Notes: a model not told the origin generated them from the sequence alone. A DNA stretch of 64,000 nt from an uncultured Desulfarculus sp. (GCA_963665125.2 CAXXUK010000002.1:288001-352000), one strand, 5' to 3'; counted from the first letter of the stretch, positions 9,230 through 19,608 are shown. Program-made: numbers and translations.

Positions 9230-10795
9230 ATGAAAAAACTTTGGATAGTGCTTGTGGCGGTGGTGGTCGTGGCTGTGGGCTTTGGAGCCTACTTCATGCT
9301 GGCCCCTGACGCGCATAAGATCAAAATACTTCTGGATACCAAGGCCAAGCCCGAGATCGAAAGGTCTCTGACCGAGGAATTGGGCGAGCCGGTGGTGCTG
9401 TCGTACAAGGATTCCGAAAGCACGGGCGAAGGCCTATTGCTTCATGAACTGGCGTTGGCCTCCGAAAAGAATCCCGACAAAAAAATCGTGGCCAAGACGG
9501 CCCTGCTGTCGGCTCTGGTCTATGACACCGACGGCTGGGGACTCACCGCCGAGCTCAAGGAAATCAGCGGCGCTGGCGGCATGAGCGGCGAAAGTATCAA
9601 GGTCGACAAATTCCACACCCTGTTTAGCGGACAAAAGGTCACCTTGGGTGGTCTGAGCGCCCGCAATTTGAAAATGACTAGGGGCGACGAATCCATGGCC
9701 CTGGAGGCTGCCGATTTCAGCGGTGTTGAGATCAATGAAGGCGACCATATCAAGGTGGCCAAGGGCATGATCAAGGGAATTACCGGCAACCCCGACAGCA
9801 CCGATGTCAAATTGGCCGGGGCCGAGATCGAAGGGTTTGAATTCAGCGACAAGAAGCAATTGTTCGTCCTTAACAAGGGCTCCATCAATGGTGCGGATAT
9901 CAAGGATTCCCGCAGTGAGGGCGGCCTGGAAAGCGCCTACATCGAGGGCGCTTATTTTGACGGCAAGGAAAACATCATCAAACTGGGCAAGGGCGAAATC
10001 AAGAGCATGCGCTTCATGGAAGAGGGCGACGGATTCACCCTGGCCGCGATGAATTTGGCGGGCATCCCCCAAATGGACCTGGACGAGCCCCAGACTTGGG
10101 GCATGGGCGTGACCACCATCGAAGGCCTGGATATCTATAACAACAACAAGAAGATGGCCTCGGTGGCCGGCGTCGAGGCGGAGTCCCTCAATTCCGCGGA
10201 GACCATCGGTCAGGTGCTCAAGATCAAAGACGTGTTCGTCGACAGCCAAGCCATGGATCCCGAGGACAGGGCAAAGCTGGAAATGTTCGGCCTCAAGGAA
10301 CTGCGCTTGAGCCTGGCCCTGGACTACGAGGCCAAACTCAAGGAAGAGACCGCCGAGCTCAAGGAACTGACCATCAACGGCCAGGACCTGGGCGATCTCA
10401 ACGTGACCGCCAAGCTCTCCGGCATCAAGATCGACCTGACCGATCCGGACAAGTCTCTTGAAGCCAGCCAGAACACGGCCATGATTGACGGATTCGGCCT
10501 CAAGTACGAGGACAAGGGCCTGGTCAAGAAGACCCTGGAAATGCAGGCCAAGCAGGCCGGCATGACCTATGAGCAGTTCGTCGAGAACCAGGTCAAGCCC
10601 ATGCTGGCCCAGGCCAAGCAGATGAACAGCCCCGAAATAACCCAGATGGCCAAGGCCGTTGAGTCTTTCCTCAACAATCCCGGAACGTTGACAGTCAGGC
10701 TCAACCCGCCCAAGCCGGTGAAGATCATGGCCCTTACGGGTATGGATCCGGCGGCTTCGGCAAAAGCTCTGGGACTGGAAGCCAAGGCCGACTAA
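9230..10795 (+). CDS. Membrane-anchored periplasmic beta-rich hypothetical protein
   Basis: N-terminal TM anchor, repetitive beta-strand pattern, host-like codon usage; loosely AsmA/DUF945-like. Confidence 0.75.
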   Translation: MKKLWIVLVAVVVVAVGFGAYFMLAPDAHKIKILLDTKAKPEIERSLTEELGEPVVLSYKDSESTGEGLLLHELALASEKNPDKKIVAKTALLSALVYDTDGWGLTAELKEISGAGGMSGESIKVDKFHTLFSGQKVTLGGLSARNLKMTRGDESMALEAADFSGVEINEGDHIKVAKGMIKGITGNPDSTDVKLAGAEIEGFEFSDKKQLFVLNKGSINGADIKDSRSEGGLESAYIEGAYFDGKENIIKLGKGEIKSMRFMEEGDGFTLAAMNLAGIPQMDLDEPQTWGMGVTTIEGLDIYNNNKKMASVAGVEAESLNSAETIGQVLKIKDVFVDSQAMDPEDRAKLEMFGLKELRLSLALDYEAKLKEETAELKELTINGQDLGDLNVTAKLSGIKIDLTDPDKSLEASQNTAMIDGFGLKYEDKGLVKKTLEMQAKQAGMTYEQFVENQVKPMLAQAKQMNSPEITQMAKAVESFLNNPGTLTVRLNPPKPVKIMALTGMDPAASAKALGLEAKAD

Positions 10796-10896
10796 ACACC
10801 GCGATTGATATTTCGGCGCGGTCCCGTTTGGGGCCGCGCTGTTTTATATGAGTCAACCGCTTGACCGCGAACGGACGATCGGTATACTATTTTGCC

Positions 10897-11505
10897 ATGA
10901 AGCAGGACCAGAAGGAAAACAGGGCCGGACGCACCCGGCAGTTCATCATTGAGGCCGTGGCGCCCATTTTCAATAAAAAGGGCTACGCGGCAACCTCCAT
11001 TGCCGACCTGACCAAGGCCACCGGATTGACCAAGGGCGGAATCTACGGCAACTTCGCCAACAAGGACGAGGTGGCCCTGGCCTGCTTCAAATACAATTCG
11101 TCGTTGATCGCCGACAACATTGTCAAAGACGTCAAGGCCCAGAAGACCTACAAAGGCAAACTCCAAGCCATACCGGCGGTTTACCGCAGGCTGTATGACC
11201 GGGTAAAGGACAACGGCGGTTGTCCCCTGGTGAACACCGCAGCCGAGGCCGAGGAGATGCTGCCGGAACTGCGCCAAAAGGCCGCCCAGATGATAAAAAC
11301 CTGGCGGGGCACTCTGACGCATATCGTCAGCCGGGGCCAAGCCGGCGGAGAGTTTGACGGCGGCGTGGAGCCCGGTGATTTTGCCCAAGTGATCATTTCG
11401 CTCATCGAGGGTGGGGGCATCATGGCCAAGGCCACCGGCGACGACGCGTTTTTCCTGAGCGCCCTGGACCAAGTGGACCGACTAATCCAGGATATAAGCA
11501 TCTAA
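10897..11505 (+). CDS. TetR/AcrR family transcriptional regulator
   Basis: KGYAATSIADL...GLTKGGIYGNFANK HTH; GGCP motif. Confidence 0.93.
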   Translation: MKQDQKENRAGRTRQFIIEAVAPIFNKKGYAATSIADLTKATGLTKGGIYGNFANKDEVALACFKYNSSLIADNIVKDVKAQKTYKGKLQAIPAVYRRLYDRVKDNGGCPLVNTAAEAEEMLPELRQKAAQMIKTWRGTLTHIVSRGQAGGEFDGGVEPGDFAQVIISLIEGGGIMAKATGDDAFFLSALDQVDRLIQDISI

Positions 11506-11569
11506 ATTTGACCAAAGCGAACAACCAAGGCAGCCCCAGGCATGCGGCCTTGGACTAGCGGTCAAGAAA

Positions 11570-11584
11570 ATACCGAACGGTCTG
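11570..11584. promoter_or_regulatory. Putative TetR operator
   Basis: Palindrome ACCG-AA-CGGT upstream of the Fe-S gene; a related GACGATCGGTAT lies upstream of tetR (~10874-10885). Confidence 0.45.
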
Positions 11585-11629
11585 TAGAAGCAGACGATCT
11601 CTTCGGTGGAAACCATGCAGGAGGATCAA

Positions 11630-12703
11630 ATGACCAACAACGATGTATATAAACAGCTTCAGCAAAGGCTCGACACCTATTCCGTGGGCTTCCCGGCAAC
11701 GGAGTCCGGCGTCGAGATCGAAATCCTCAAATATCTTTTTACAGAAGAAGATGCCGAACTGTTTCTTCAGCTAAGCCACAAGGTGGAGACTCCCGAGGAG
11801 ATCGCCCCCAGGGTCGGCAAGCCGGTTGACGAACTGGCTGAGCAGTTGGAACGCATGGCCGCCGCCGGTCTGCTGTTCAGGCTGGCCAGTGGCGACATCA
11901 AGCGTTACGGCGCCATCCCCTTTATCCATGGCCTGTTCGAGTTTCAGGTCCACCGGATGAGCCGGGAACTGGGCGAGCTGATGGAGAGGTATTTCAACGA
12001 GGCGGCCTTTGAAAAGGCCATGTCCACCAGCACCCCTGCGTTTCTGCGGCCCATTCCGGTGCAACAGGCCGTGCCCGTGCAACACAGCGTGGCCGCCTTT
12101 GACGATGCGGTGGCCCTCTTGCGGCAGGCCAAACAGATCGTCATTACCGACTGTGTCTGCCGCAAGCAGAAGAACAGCATAGACCAGGGCTGCGGCAAGC
12201 CCCTGGATGTCTGCTTCATGTTCGGCTCCATGGGCCAGTATTACCTGGATCACGACATGGGCCGCAAAATTACGGTGGAAGAGGGCATCGAGCTTCTAAA
12301 GAAGGCCCAGGAAGCAGGTCTGGTCACCCAGCCGGGCACGGCCCAGAATCCGGCGGGCATGTGCAATTGCTGCGGTGACTGCTGCGGTGTGCTGCGCACA
12401 CTCAGAAAGCTGCCCAATCCCGGCGAGATCGTTTACACCAACCACTTCGCGGTGGTGGCTGCCGACGACTGTACCGGTTGCGAGACGTGCCTGGACCGCT
12501 GCCAGATGGACGCCATTTTCATCAATGATGACGACGTGGCCCAGATCAAGCCGGAGCGTTGCATCGGCTGCGGCCTGTGCGTGACCACCTGCCCCACCGA
12601 GGCCATCACTCTTGAGGCCAAGCCCGCCGATAAGTTCGTCGAGCCGCCCAAGACCTCGGCCGAACAGATGGCCCACATGGCCAAGATCCGTGGTTTGATC
12701 TAA
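11630..12703 (+). CDS. 4Fe-4S dicluster-binding protein
   Basis: CVCR, CNCCGDCC, CTGCETCLDRC and CIGCGLCVTTCP motifs. Confidence 0.9.
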   Translation: MTNNDVYKQLQQRLDTYSVGFPATESGVEIEILKYLFTEEDAELFLQLSHKVETPEEIAPRVGKPVDELAEQLERMAAAGLLFRLASGDIKRYGAIPFIHGLFEFQVHRMSRELGELMERYFNEAAFEKAMSTSTPAFLRPIPVQQAVPVQHSVAAFDDAVALLRQAKQIVITDCVCRKQKNSIDQGCGKPLDVCFMFGSMGQYYLDHDMGRKITVEEGIELLKKAQEAGLVTQPGTAQNPAGMCNCCGDCCGVLRTLRKLPNPGEIVYTNHFAVVAADDCTGCETCLDRCQMDAIFINDDDVAQIKPERCIGCGLCVTTCPTEAITLEAKPADKFVEPPKTSAEQMAHMAKIRGLI

Positions 12704-12774
12704 CCAACCAAGAGCCACAAAAAAGCCGGATGGACCCCAGCGGCCCGTCCTGCTTTGCCGTTTTTGATGCCGGC

Positions 12775-14694
12775 CTAGCTTTGTCGTCTGAGCATCAGCA
12801 GGGTCAGGTCGTCGAACTGCTCGGCCTCTCCCGTGAAGCGGCGGTGGGCGTCCACCAGGTCGTTGATCATGTCCGGCGCGCCGCCCTCCTCGGCCTGGTC
12901 CAGCCACCGGACGATGCGCTCCATGCCGAACATCTCTTCGGCCGGGTTGATGCCCTCGTCCAGGCCATCGGTGAAGGCCAGCAGGATTTCATCCTTTTGC
13001 AGCACGGTTTCGGCCCGGGTCAGGCCCAGTTCGTCAAAGATGCCCACGGCCATGCCGTCGGTCTGCTCCAGGGGCTCCACCGCGCCGTCGGTCCGGCGGA
13101 CAAAGGGCGCCGGGTGGCCTGCGCAGCAATAGACCAACTCGCCCGTGGCCAGGTTGTATATGCCGTAAAACACCGTGACGAACATGCACATTTCATTCTC
13201 GGGCATAATCTGGCTGTTGACCTCGGTCAGCACTTCGTCCGGATAGGGGCTGTGGGCCGCGGCGTTTTTAATCAGGGTGCGGGCCACGGTCATGAACAGG
13301 GCCGCTGGCACGCCCTTGCCCGAGACGTCGGCCACCACCACGCCCACCCGGTCCTTATCGAGCATGAAGAAATCATAGAAGTCGCCGCCGACCTCCCTGG
13401 CCGGAATGGTCTTGGCAAAGATGTCCATTTCGGGCCGCTCGGGGAAGGCGGGATAGGTCCGGGGCAGGATGGACTGCTGGATATTGGAGGCCATGTCCAG
13501 TTCGCTCTGGATGCGTTCCTTGGCAGCGGTGGTCTCGGTCAACTGGGCCACATGGCGCTTGAGGTCGGCCACCATGGTGTTGAAGCTCTCGGCCAGGTCG
13601 CCTATCTCGTCGCCGGGCCGAACGCCCGTGACCGTTGTGTCCAGATCGCCTGCGGCCAGGCGGGCCGCGGCGGCCGAAAGGTCGCGCAGGGGCTTGGTCA
13701 GGCCCATGACCAGCAGCCAAACCACCAAGACAATACCCAACAGGCCCATGGTCAGGGTGACGGCCTGGCGCTTGGCCAGGCCCCAGGCCGGGGCCATCAC
13801 TTCGGCTTCGTCCAGCACAACGCCAACGCTCCAGCCCACGCCCTCCACCGGCGCATAGGCCAGCCAAACCATTTGGGAGTTTTCAAGGCTTTCGGTTCGG
13901 ATCACCGCGCTTTCGCCGGCCACCATTTTTTGCCCGATCCTGCGCAGTTCCTCGGACCCGCGTTCTTCGGCCAGGGAAAAGATGGACTGGCGCATCACCA
14001 GGTCGTCCTTGGGCGCGGCGATGAACTTGCCGGTTTGGCTGATCATGAAGGCCCAGCCTGATTTGCCTACCTGCAGACCCGCCACCTTGCGTTTGAGGCT
14101 CTCCAGGGATATATCGGCGGTCATGATGCCCCAGAGTCGCTGGTCCCGGAGCATGGGCGCGCTAAAGGTGCACATCAGCACGTTGCCGCCGCCCTCGTCA
14201 TAGTATGGTTCGCTCCATATCGGCCGCTGAAGCAGGGCCGGGACCTGATACCAATCCCAGATGGGGTAATTGTAGGAGGGATCGTCCAGGTTTGTCTTTT
14301 CCAGGCCGAGAGTGCCCCTGAAATAGTATGGCCCGAAAAGGCGCCGGTTCGGTTTGAAGGCATAGGGCTCGAAGGCCACGGCCATGCCGAAGACCTGGGG
14401 CGAGTAGTTCATCACCGAAATGATCAGGTCGTCTATTTTCTTTTCCGTGGGCTGGGGCATCACCTCCAGGGCCGCCGAGGCGATCAGGGGGCGATCGGCC
14501 ATCTGGGCCATGCGCAGGGCGATTTTCGTGGCCTGCAGGCGGGCCAGTTCGCACAACTCCGAGCGCCGCGTCTCCAGCAGGGCCTTGCGGGCTTCATAAA
14601 ACGATACAACGCCGGTGGCCGCGCCCACGGCCAACACGCCGGCGGCCACGAACAACACGAAACGGGCCCGGAGTTTTAATTTGCGCGGTTTCAT
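12775..14694 (-). CDS. Cache-HAMP-PP2C (SpoIIE/RsbU-type) membrane phosphatase
   Basis: Two TMs, dCache (WYQ..., PYYDEGG), HAMP (DEIGDL), EVGGDFYD, ADVSGKG, FTDG, DDLT motifs. Confidence 0.93.
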   Translation of the reverse strand: MKPRKLKLRARFVLFVAAGVLAVGAATGVVSFYEARKALLETRRSELCELARLQATKIALRMAQMADRPLIASAALEVMPQPTEKKIDDLIISVMNYSPQVFGMAVAFEPYAFKPNRRLFGPYYFRGTLGLEKTNLDDPSYNYPIWDWYQVPALLQRPIWSEPYYDEGGGNVLMCTFSAPMLRDQRLWGIMTADISLESLKRKVAGLQVGKSGWAFMISQTGKFIAAPKDDLVMRQSIFSLAEERGSEELRRIGQKMVAGESAVIRTESLENSQMVWLAYAPVEGVGWSVGVVLDEAEVMAPAWGLAKRQAVTLTMGLLGIVLVVWLLVMGLTKPLRDLSAAAARLAAGDLDTTVTGVRPGDEIGDLAESFNTMVADLKRHVAQLTETTAAKERIQSELDMASNIQQSILPRTYPAFPERPEMDIFAKTIPAREVGGDFYDFFMLDKDRVGVVVADVSGKGVPAALFMTVARTLIKNAAAHSPYPDEVLTEVNSQIMPENEMCMFVTVFYGIYNLATGELVYCCAGHPAPFVRRTDGAVEPLEQTDGMAVGIFDELGLTRAETVLQKDEILLAFTDGLDEGINPAEEMFGMERIVRWLDQAEEGGAPDMINDLVDAHRRFTGEAEQFDDLTLLMLRRQS

Positions 14695-15674
14695 TGTTGC
14701 TTTCTCCAGGCCGGAACACTGAAGCCTTGCCACACGACAGGCATATCAATGAGCCCTTGGCGGGAGAGGCCGTTGTTGGTTTGGTTGAAGTCTTCCGGGT
14801 TGAGCATGCCCATGGTTGTATCCCGGCGGGGCATGATTAAACCGCGCATGGTGTCCAACATCCATTTTTGGTGGGCCCGGTTGGTGGATGATTGATCCGC
14901 CTCCACCCTTTTCATCACGCCTTCCAGGGCCTTTTCGGGCTGCTCAAAGGCCAGTCCCCAGCCCTCCAGGGTGGCGGCAACGAAGCGGCGACACATGTCG
15001 GGGTTTTTATCCCAGGTTTTTTGCATGGTGTATATGCCGTCTTCAGGGAAATTGGTGCCGTAGTCGGCCAGGTCGAAGATCTGCATCTGGTCGAAATCGA
15101 CGCCCATCTGGTAGAGCACATGAAGTTCGTTGTAGCGCATGGCCGAGGCTGCGGCCACGGCGCCGGAAGTCAATAGGACCATTGTCGAGCCCTGGGGCGC
15201 CACGTCCACGGCCACGGCCTCGCTGCGCAGCATGGCCTTTGGCGACAGGGACAACAGGCCGCCCCACATGCCCACCCTCTTGAGCCGCAGGTCCTTGAGC
15301 TCCTTGACGCCGGATTTTTTCAGGGCCACCAGCAGCACGGCCGATTTCTGGACGAGTTGGGCAAGGTGCAAAAGCTTGACGCCTTTTTCCTTTTTGACAA
15401 TGGCCTCCGATAGCCAGGCTATGGCAAAGTCGCACTTGCCCTGGGCCAGCAGGTCCAGGGGCACAACTGTCGGACCGCCTTTGCGGATGTCGACCTCCAG
15501 GCCGTATTTTCCATAAATGCCCTGGTCCTGGGCCATGTATACGCCGGCGAACTGGGCCTGGTTGACCCACATCAACTGGACCGAGACCTTGTCCAGGGCC
15601 ATGGCCGAGCCGCAAACCAAAAAAAGCAGGACAACCAAAGCAGCCGCTGCGGCCGTCCTGGGCAGGATAGCCAA
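14691..15674 (-). CDS. NMT1/THI5-family substrate-binding protein
   Basis: Signal peptide; LMWVNQAQFAGVY...GLEV; ATGA overlap with the phosphatase gene. Confidence 0.85.
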   Translation of the reverse strand: MAILPRTAAAAALVVLLFLVCGSAMALDKVSVQLMWVNQAQFAGVYMAQDQGIYGKYGLEVDIRKGGPTVVPLDLLAQGKCDFAIAWLSEAIVKKEKGVKLLHLAQLVQKSAVLLVALKKSGVKELKDLRLKRVGMWGGLLSLSPKAMLRSEAVAVDVAPQGSTMVLLTSGAVAAASAMRYNELHVLYQMGVDFDQMQIFDLADYGTNFPEDGIYTMQKTWDKNPDMCRRFVAATLEGWGLAFEQPEKALEGVMKRVEADQSSTNRAHQKWMLDTMRGLIMPRRDTTMGMLNPEDFNQTNNGLSRQGLIDMPVVWQGFSVPAWRKQQ

Positions 15675-15807
15675 GGGAACCTCCTGTAAAACCCGAAGTT
15701 GTTGCCCCGCACGCGGACCTTCTGATCCGCACGGGGCGCGCCAGTGAAAAAGACGGACTATCGGGCATAGTAGCCCAGTGAACGTCAGTTGGTCAAACTT
15801 ATGCTTT

Positions 15808-17076
15808 TTAGGCCTTCTCCTGTTGGGGCAGCTTGCGCAGATACACGCTCCAGTAGCTGAAGCCCACGAACACCGTGCCGCCGATGATGTTGCCGATGGT
15901 AACCGGGATCAGGTTGCGCCAGATAAAGCTCGCCCAGCTAAGCGACTCCGGGTCGAATCCGCTGGGCGCGGCGATTCCGGCCCAGTTATGCAGGATGATG
16001 CCCCCGGGGATGAAATACATGTTGGCCACGCAGTGCTCAAAGCCGATGGCCACGAAACCCATGATCGGGAAGAAGATGGCGAAGATCTTGCCCACGGTCT
16101 GGCGGGCCGCCAAAGCCATCCACACGGCCAGGCAGACCAGCCAGTTGCAGCCGATGGCCCGGACAAAGGCCTCGGTCCAGCTCAGCGAGACCTTGGCGTA
16201 GGCCGTCTTGACGGCCGCCGCGCCCAAAGCGCCGCCGCCGGTCTTCCACAAGCCGGAATAATAGAACAACAGCACGATGAGGATGCTGCCGATGAAATTG
16301 GCCGCGTACACCAGCACCCAGCGGACGAGCACCGCGTTCCAGGTGGTTCGGCCTTCCAAGACGGTGGAGACCATGAGGTTGTTACCGGTGAACAGCTCGG
16401 CCCCGGCGATGACCACCAGCATCAGGCCCAGGCTGAACACCGCGCCGGTCATGAACTTGGTGAAGCCCGCGCCCATGTGGGCGGCCATGTCGAAATTGAC
16501 GCTGGAGGCCAGCATGCCGCCGAAACCGATATAGGCCCCGGCTAGGATGCCCAGCAGGAAGATGGTCTTCCAGGGGCTCGACACCTTGCTGATGCCCACC
16601 TTGTGGGCTAGGGTCTCGGCAATGGTCTGGGGCGCCTTGTCGTCGGAGCCGGGCACGGGAAACGTTCCGATGGTCCTGGTGATATCGTCCAGGGCCTTCT
16701 TTTGCTGGTCCACCTTGCGGCGCATGGCCCGGTTGACCACGGTGATTATCTCGTCGGGCCTGAACGGCTTGGGCACGTAATCCATGGCCCCGCGCTTCAT
16801 GGCCTCGGTGGCCCGTTCCACGGAGGGGTATCCGCTGAACATCACCACCGTGGCGTCAGGGGCCCTGGTCTGCAATTCCCGCAGGACGTCCATGCCGTCC
16901 AGGCCGGGCATCTTCCAGTCCACCAGAATAACTTCGTAACGGCCTTCCGAGGCCAGCTCCAGGCCCGAGGCCGGGTCGTTGGTGGCGGTCACTTCCCAGT
17001 TCTCGGCGCTGAAGATACGTTCGCAGGAACCGAGAACAGCCGGGTCATCGTCGATTACAAGCATTGTGGGCTTCAT
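15808..17076 (-). CDS. Receiver domain fused to formate/nitrite transporter (FNT) channel
   Basis: N-terminal REC (IDDD, VDWKMP, FSG, PKPF); C-terminal FNT motifs GAELFTGN, CNWLVCLAVW, GFEHCVANM, GNIIGG; one continuous ORF. Confidence 0.92.
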   Translation of the reverse strand: MKPTMLVIDDDPAVLGSCERIFSAENWEVTATNDPASGLELASEGRYEVILVDWKMPGLDGMDVLRELQTRAPDATVVMFSGYPSVERATEAMKRGAMDYVPKPFRPDEIITVVNRAMRRKVDQQKKALDDITRTIGTFPVPGSDDKAPQTIAETLAHKVGISKVSSPWKTIFLLGILAGAYIGFGGMLASSVNFDMAAHMGAGFTKFMTGAVFSLGLMLVVIAGAELFTGNNLMVSTVLEGRTTWNAVLVRWVLVYAANFIGSILIVLLFYYSGLWKTGGGALGAAAVKTAYAKVSLSWTEAFVRAIGCNWLVCLAVWMALAARQTVGKIFAIFFPIMGFVAIGFEHCVANMYFIPGGIILHNWAGIAAPSGFDPESLSWASFIWRNLIPVTIGNIIGGTVFVGFSYWSVYLRKLPQQEKA

Positions 17077-17144
17077 TGCGGTTTCCTTTCCGGGCGGTGA
17101 GCGCCGCCCGCTATCCAGGGCCGGTCGGTTTCGGGGCGGCGCGG

Positions 17145-17498
17145 CTAGCCGATCACTCTATTTACTCCCCGCACAAGTTCTTCGGGGGTGAACGGTTTGG
17201 CGATGATGTTGGCGGCTCCGGCCTGCTGGCCGCGTTGATTGACCTGGGGCGTAAGATAGCCCGTCATCAATATGACCGGCAGGTCCGGCTTGTCTTGCCT
17301 GGCCCGCTTCATCAACTCAAAGCCGTCGATATCGGGCATCATCACGTCGGCCAACAGCAGGTCAAAGCCGCCGCCGGCCAATAGTTCCAGGGCCTGGGAG
17401 GCCTTTTCCAGGGCCACCACCTCGTGGCCCTCGGCCTCCAGAATCCGGCTGCAACTGATCCGCACAACCATATCGTCGTCAACAACCAATATCTTCAT
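17145..17498 (-). CDS. Single-domain response regulator
   Basis: VDDD, ADVMMP, MTG, KPF motifs. Confidence 0.92.
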   Translation of the reverse strand: MKILVVDDDMVVRISCSRILEAEGHEVVALEKASQALELLAGGGFDLLLADVMMPDIDGFELMKRARQDKPDLPVILMTGYLTPQVNQRGQQAGAANIIAKPFTPEELVRGVNRVIG

Positions 17499-17518
17499 CG
17501 CGCCAAACTCCGCCGCGC

Positions 17519-19480
17519 CTACCAGTCATAGCCTTCGGAACGGATGTCCTCGGGCAGCCAAATTGTGAAGGTGCTTCCCTTGCTGGATGTGCTTTTGACC
17601 TTGATGGTACCGCCATGGCGGGCCACCACGCCCTGGCTGACGGCCAGGCCAAGCCCCGTACCCTTGCCCACCTCCTTGGTGGTGAAAAATGGGTCGAACA
17701 GCTTGTCTATGTTTTCCGGGGCAATGCCATGGCCGGTGTCGACCACGTCGATGACCACGCCCTTGCGGCCGTCGTGCAGGCCCGGGTCGCCGGGCCGGGT
17801 GACAACGGTGACCTTGCCGCCGGGCTCGGTTGCGTCCAGGGCGTTGATGATCATGTTGACCAGCACGCCCTGCATCTGGCTGTGGTCCAGGTTCATTACC
17901 GGGAATTCCTCCCTGGGGTCGAATGAAAGCTCGATGCCCTTGAGCATGGCCTGATTATGCAAAAGCTTCACTGTTGAGGCCACGAATGGGTTGAAGTCCG
18001 TGGGCTGGGCCTCCAGCTTGGTCTGGCGCGAAAAATCCAACAGGCCCTTGACGATCTTGCGCACCCGCTCGGTCTGGCTGGCGATGGTCTCCAGATCGCC
18101 GCGCACCTCTGGGGCCAGGTCATCCCGGCGCAGCAACAGGTGGGTGAAGGTCAACACGCCGGTGAGCGGGTTGTTGATCTCATGGGCCACGCCCGCGGCC
18201 AGCCTGCCCACTATGGCCTGCTTTTCGCTTTGCAGCAGGCGCTTTTCGCTTTCCTCCTGCTGGGCCTTTTCCCGATCGCGCAGAGCCAGAAGCATCTCCT
18301 GGAAGCTGCTTTGCAGCACGCCTAGGTCGCTGCGGGCCATGGGGCCGATATCCGGCGAAAAATCGCCCTTGGATACATGGCGGCTGGCGCTGATGAGCTG
18401 GTTGACAGGCTTGATGATCCGCCCGGCCAGGTAGGCTCCCATGAGCACGGCGCAGGCCATGCAGGCCAGGGTGGTGATGGTGAAGACGAAAGCCGTCTGC
18501 CACCACAGGGAGGTGTATTTGTCCTCCAAGACGCCGACATAGAGCATGCCCACCCTTTGGCCTCCGATGTCCACGATGGGCTCGTAAGCGGTTATGTACC
18601 AGGCATTGACAACAAAGGCCCGGTCAGACCATTTTTGGCCCCGGTCCAGAACCGCCTCGCTTACCGCCTGGGAGGCCCTGGTGCCGATTGCCCTTTGGCC
18701 CTTGGCGTCCAACACAGTGGTGGAGATGCGCGTATCGTCCAGGAAAATAGTGGCCGAACCAATGTTGCGGTCCTTGAAAACTTCGTTGCGAAAGACCGTT
18801 CGGCCAACGGTGTCGACAATGGAGTAGTCGCGGTTGACAAGCACGCCGCCGTATATCACCAAATGCCTGCCCTGGTTGTCGATCAGCGGCGAGGCCGCCG
18901 CCAGGACCAGGCCGGTGCCGCCGGGCAAGGACTTGGCCGCCCCGGCCATGGGGGTTTGAACTTCCTTGATCAAAGCGCGCCTGGCCAGAGCCGGGTCCTC
19001 GGCGGCCAGACTTGACTGGTCCATGAGGATGGTCCCCGCCATGGGCTTATTTTGCTTTATGGCCATTGCCAGCAATTGGTTGCCGGCCATGGACTTGCCC
19101 GGGGGGCCGGGGCCGATGCGGGCCAGTACACGGCCCTGGTTGTCGGCCACGCCCAAGAAGTCCAGTCCGGCCTTCTGGGCCACGATCCGCAGCCAGGCTA
19201 TAAAAACTTCGCGGTCCGCACCTTCGAGCAAACGCCGAAAGTCGTCTTCCAGGCCTGTGATTTCCAGGGCCAACAGGATCGAGGCGGTGCGCTCGTCATA
19301 GATTTCCTTGGCGGCGTTCAGATCAAGGCGCACCCGGTTGGATGCTTCGGACAAGACTGATTTGTATAGTAGTTGCCCCCCGGTGAACAGCGAAACCAGG
19401 CCCACCAGCAGGGCCACGGCCAGGAAGCTGGTGATCAGTCTGGCCCGGGTGGAACGCCAAAGACGGGACAATGGGTTCAT
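17519..19480 (-). CDS. Cache/HAMP sensor histidine kinase
   Basis: Two TMs, RISTT/GTR Cache motifs, HEINNPL, NALDA, DTGHG, GKGTGLGL. Confidence 0.95.
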   Translation of the reverse strand: MNPLSRLWRSTRARLITSFLAVALLVGLVSLFTGGQLLYKSVLSEASNRVRLDLNAAKEIYDERTASILLALEITGLEDDFRRLLEGADREVFIAWLRIVAQKAGLDFLGVADNQGRVLARIGPGPPGKSMAGNQLLAMAIKQNKPMAGTILMDQSSLAAEDPALARRALIKEVQTPMAGAAKSLPGGTGLVLAAASPLIDNQGRHLVIYGGVLVNRDYSIVDTVGRTVFRNEVFKDRNIGSATIFLDDTRISTTVLDAKGQRAIGTRASQAVSEAVLDRGQKWSDRAFVVNAWYITAYEPIVDIGGQRVGMLYVGVLEDKYTSLWWQTAFVFTITTLACMACAVLMGAYLAGRIIKPVNQLISASRHVSKGDFSPDIGPMARSDLGVLQSSFQEMLLALRDREKAQQEESEKRLLQSEKQAIVGRLAAGVAHEINNPLTGVLTFTHLLLRRDDLAPEVRGDLETIASQTERVRKIVKGLLDFSRQTKLEAQPTDFNPFVASTVKLLHNQAMLKGIELSFDPREEFPVMNLDHSQMQGVLVNMIINALDATEPGGKVTVVTRPGDPGLHDGRKGVVIDVVDTGHGIAPENIDKLFDPFFTTKEVGKGTGLGLAVSQGVVARHGGTIKVKSTSSKGSTFTIWLPEDIRSEGYDW

Positions 19481-19608
19481 TGGGGCTCCATCAAAGAGTT
19501 TCCGCGCTTGCTCTTATTATCACTTTAAGCCCGTTGGTGAATATTGTCTAACTTTATTGTCGGGTTGCAACTTTGGAACGTTAAAAGATTTGTGGGAGTC
19601 CGGACATT

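Noticed and set aside
12730..14061. Long antisense ORFs (also 46533-48107, 43845-45293, 56928-58133, 22133-23251)
   Set aside because: Shadow frames of well-supported genes in GC-rich DNA.
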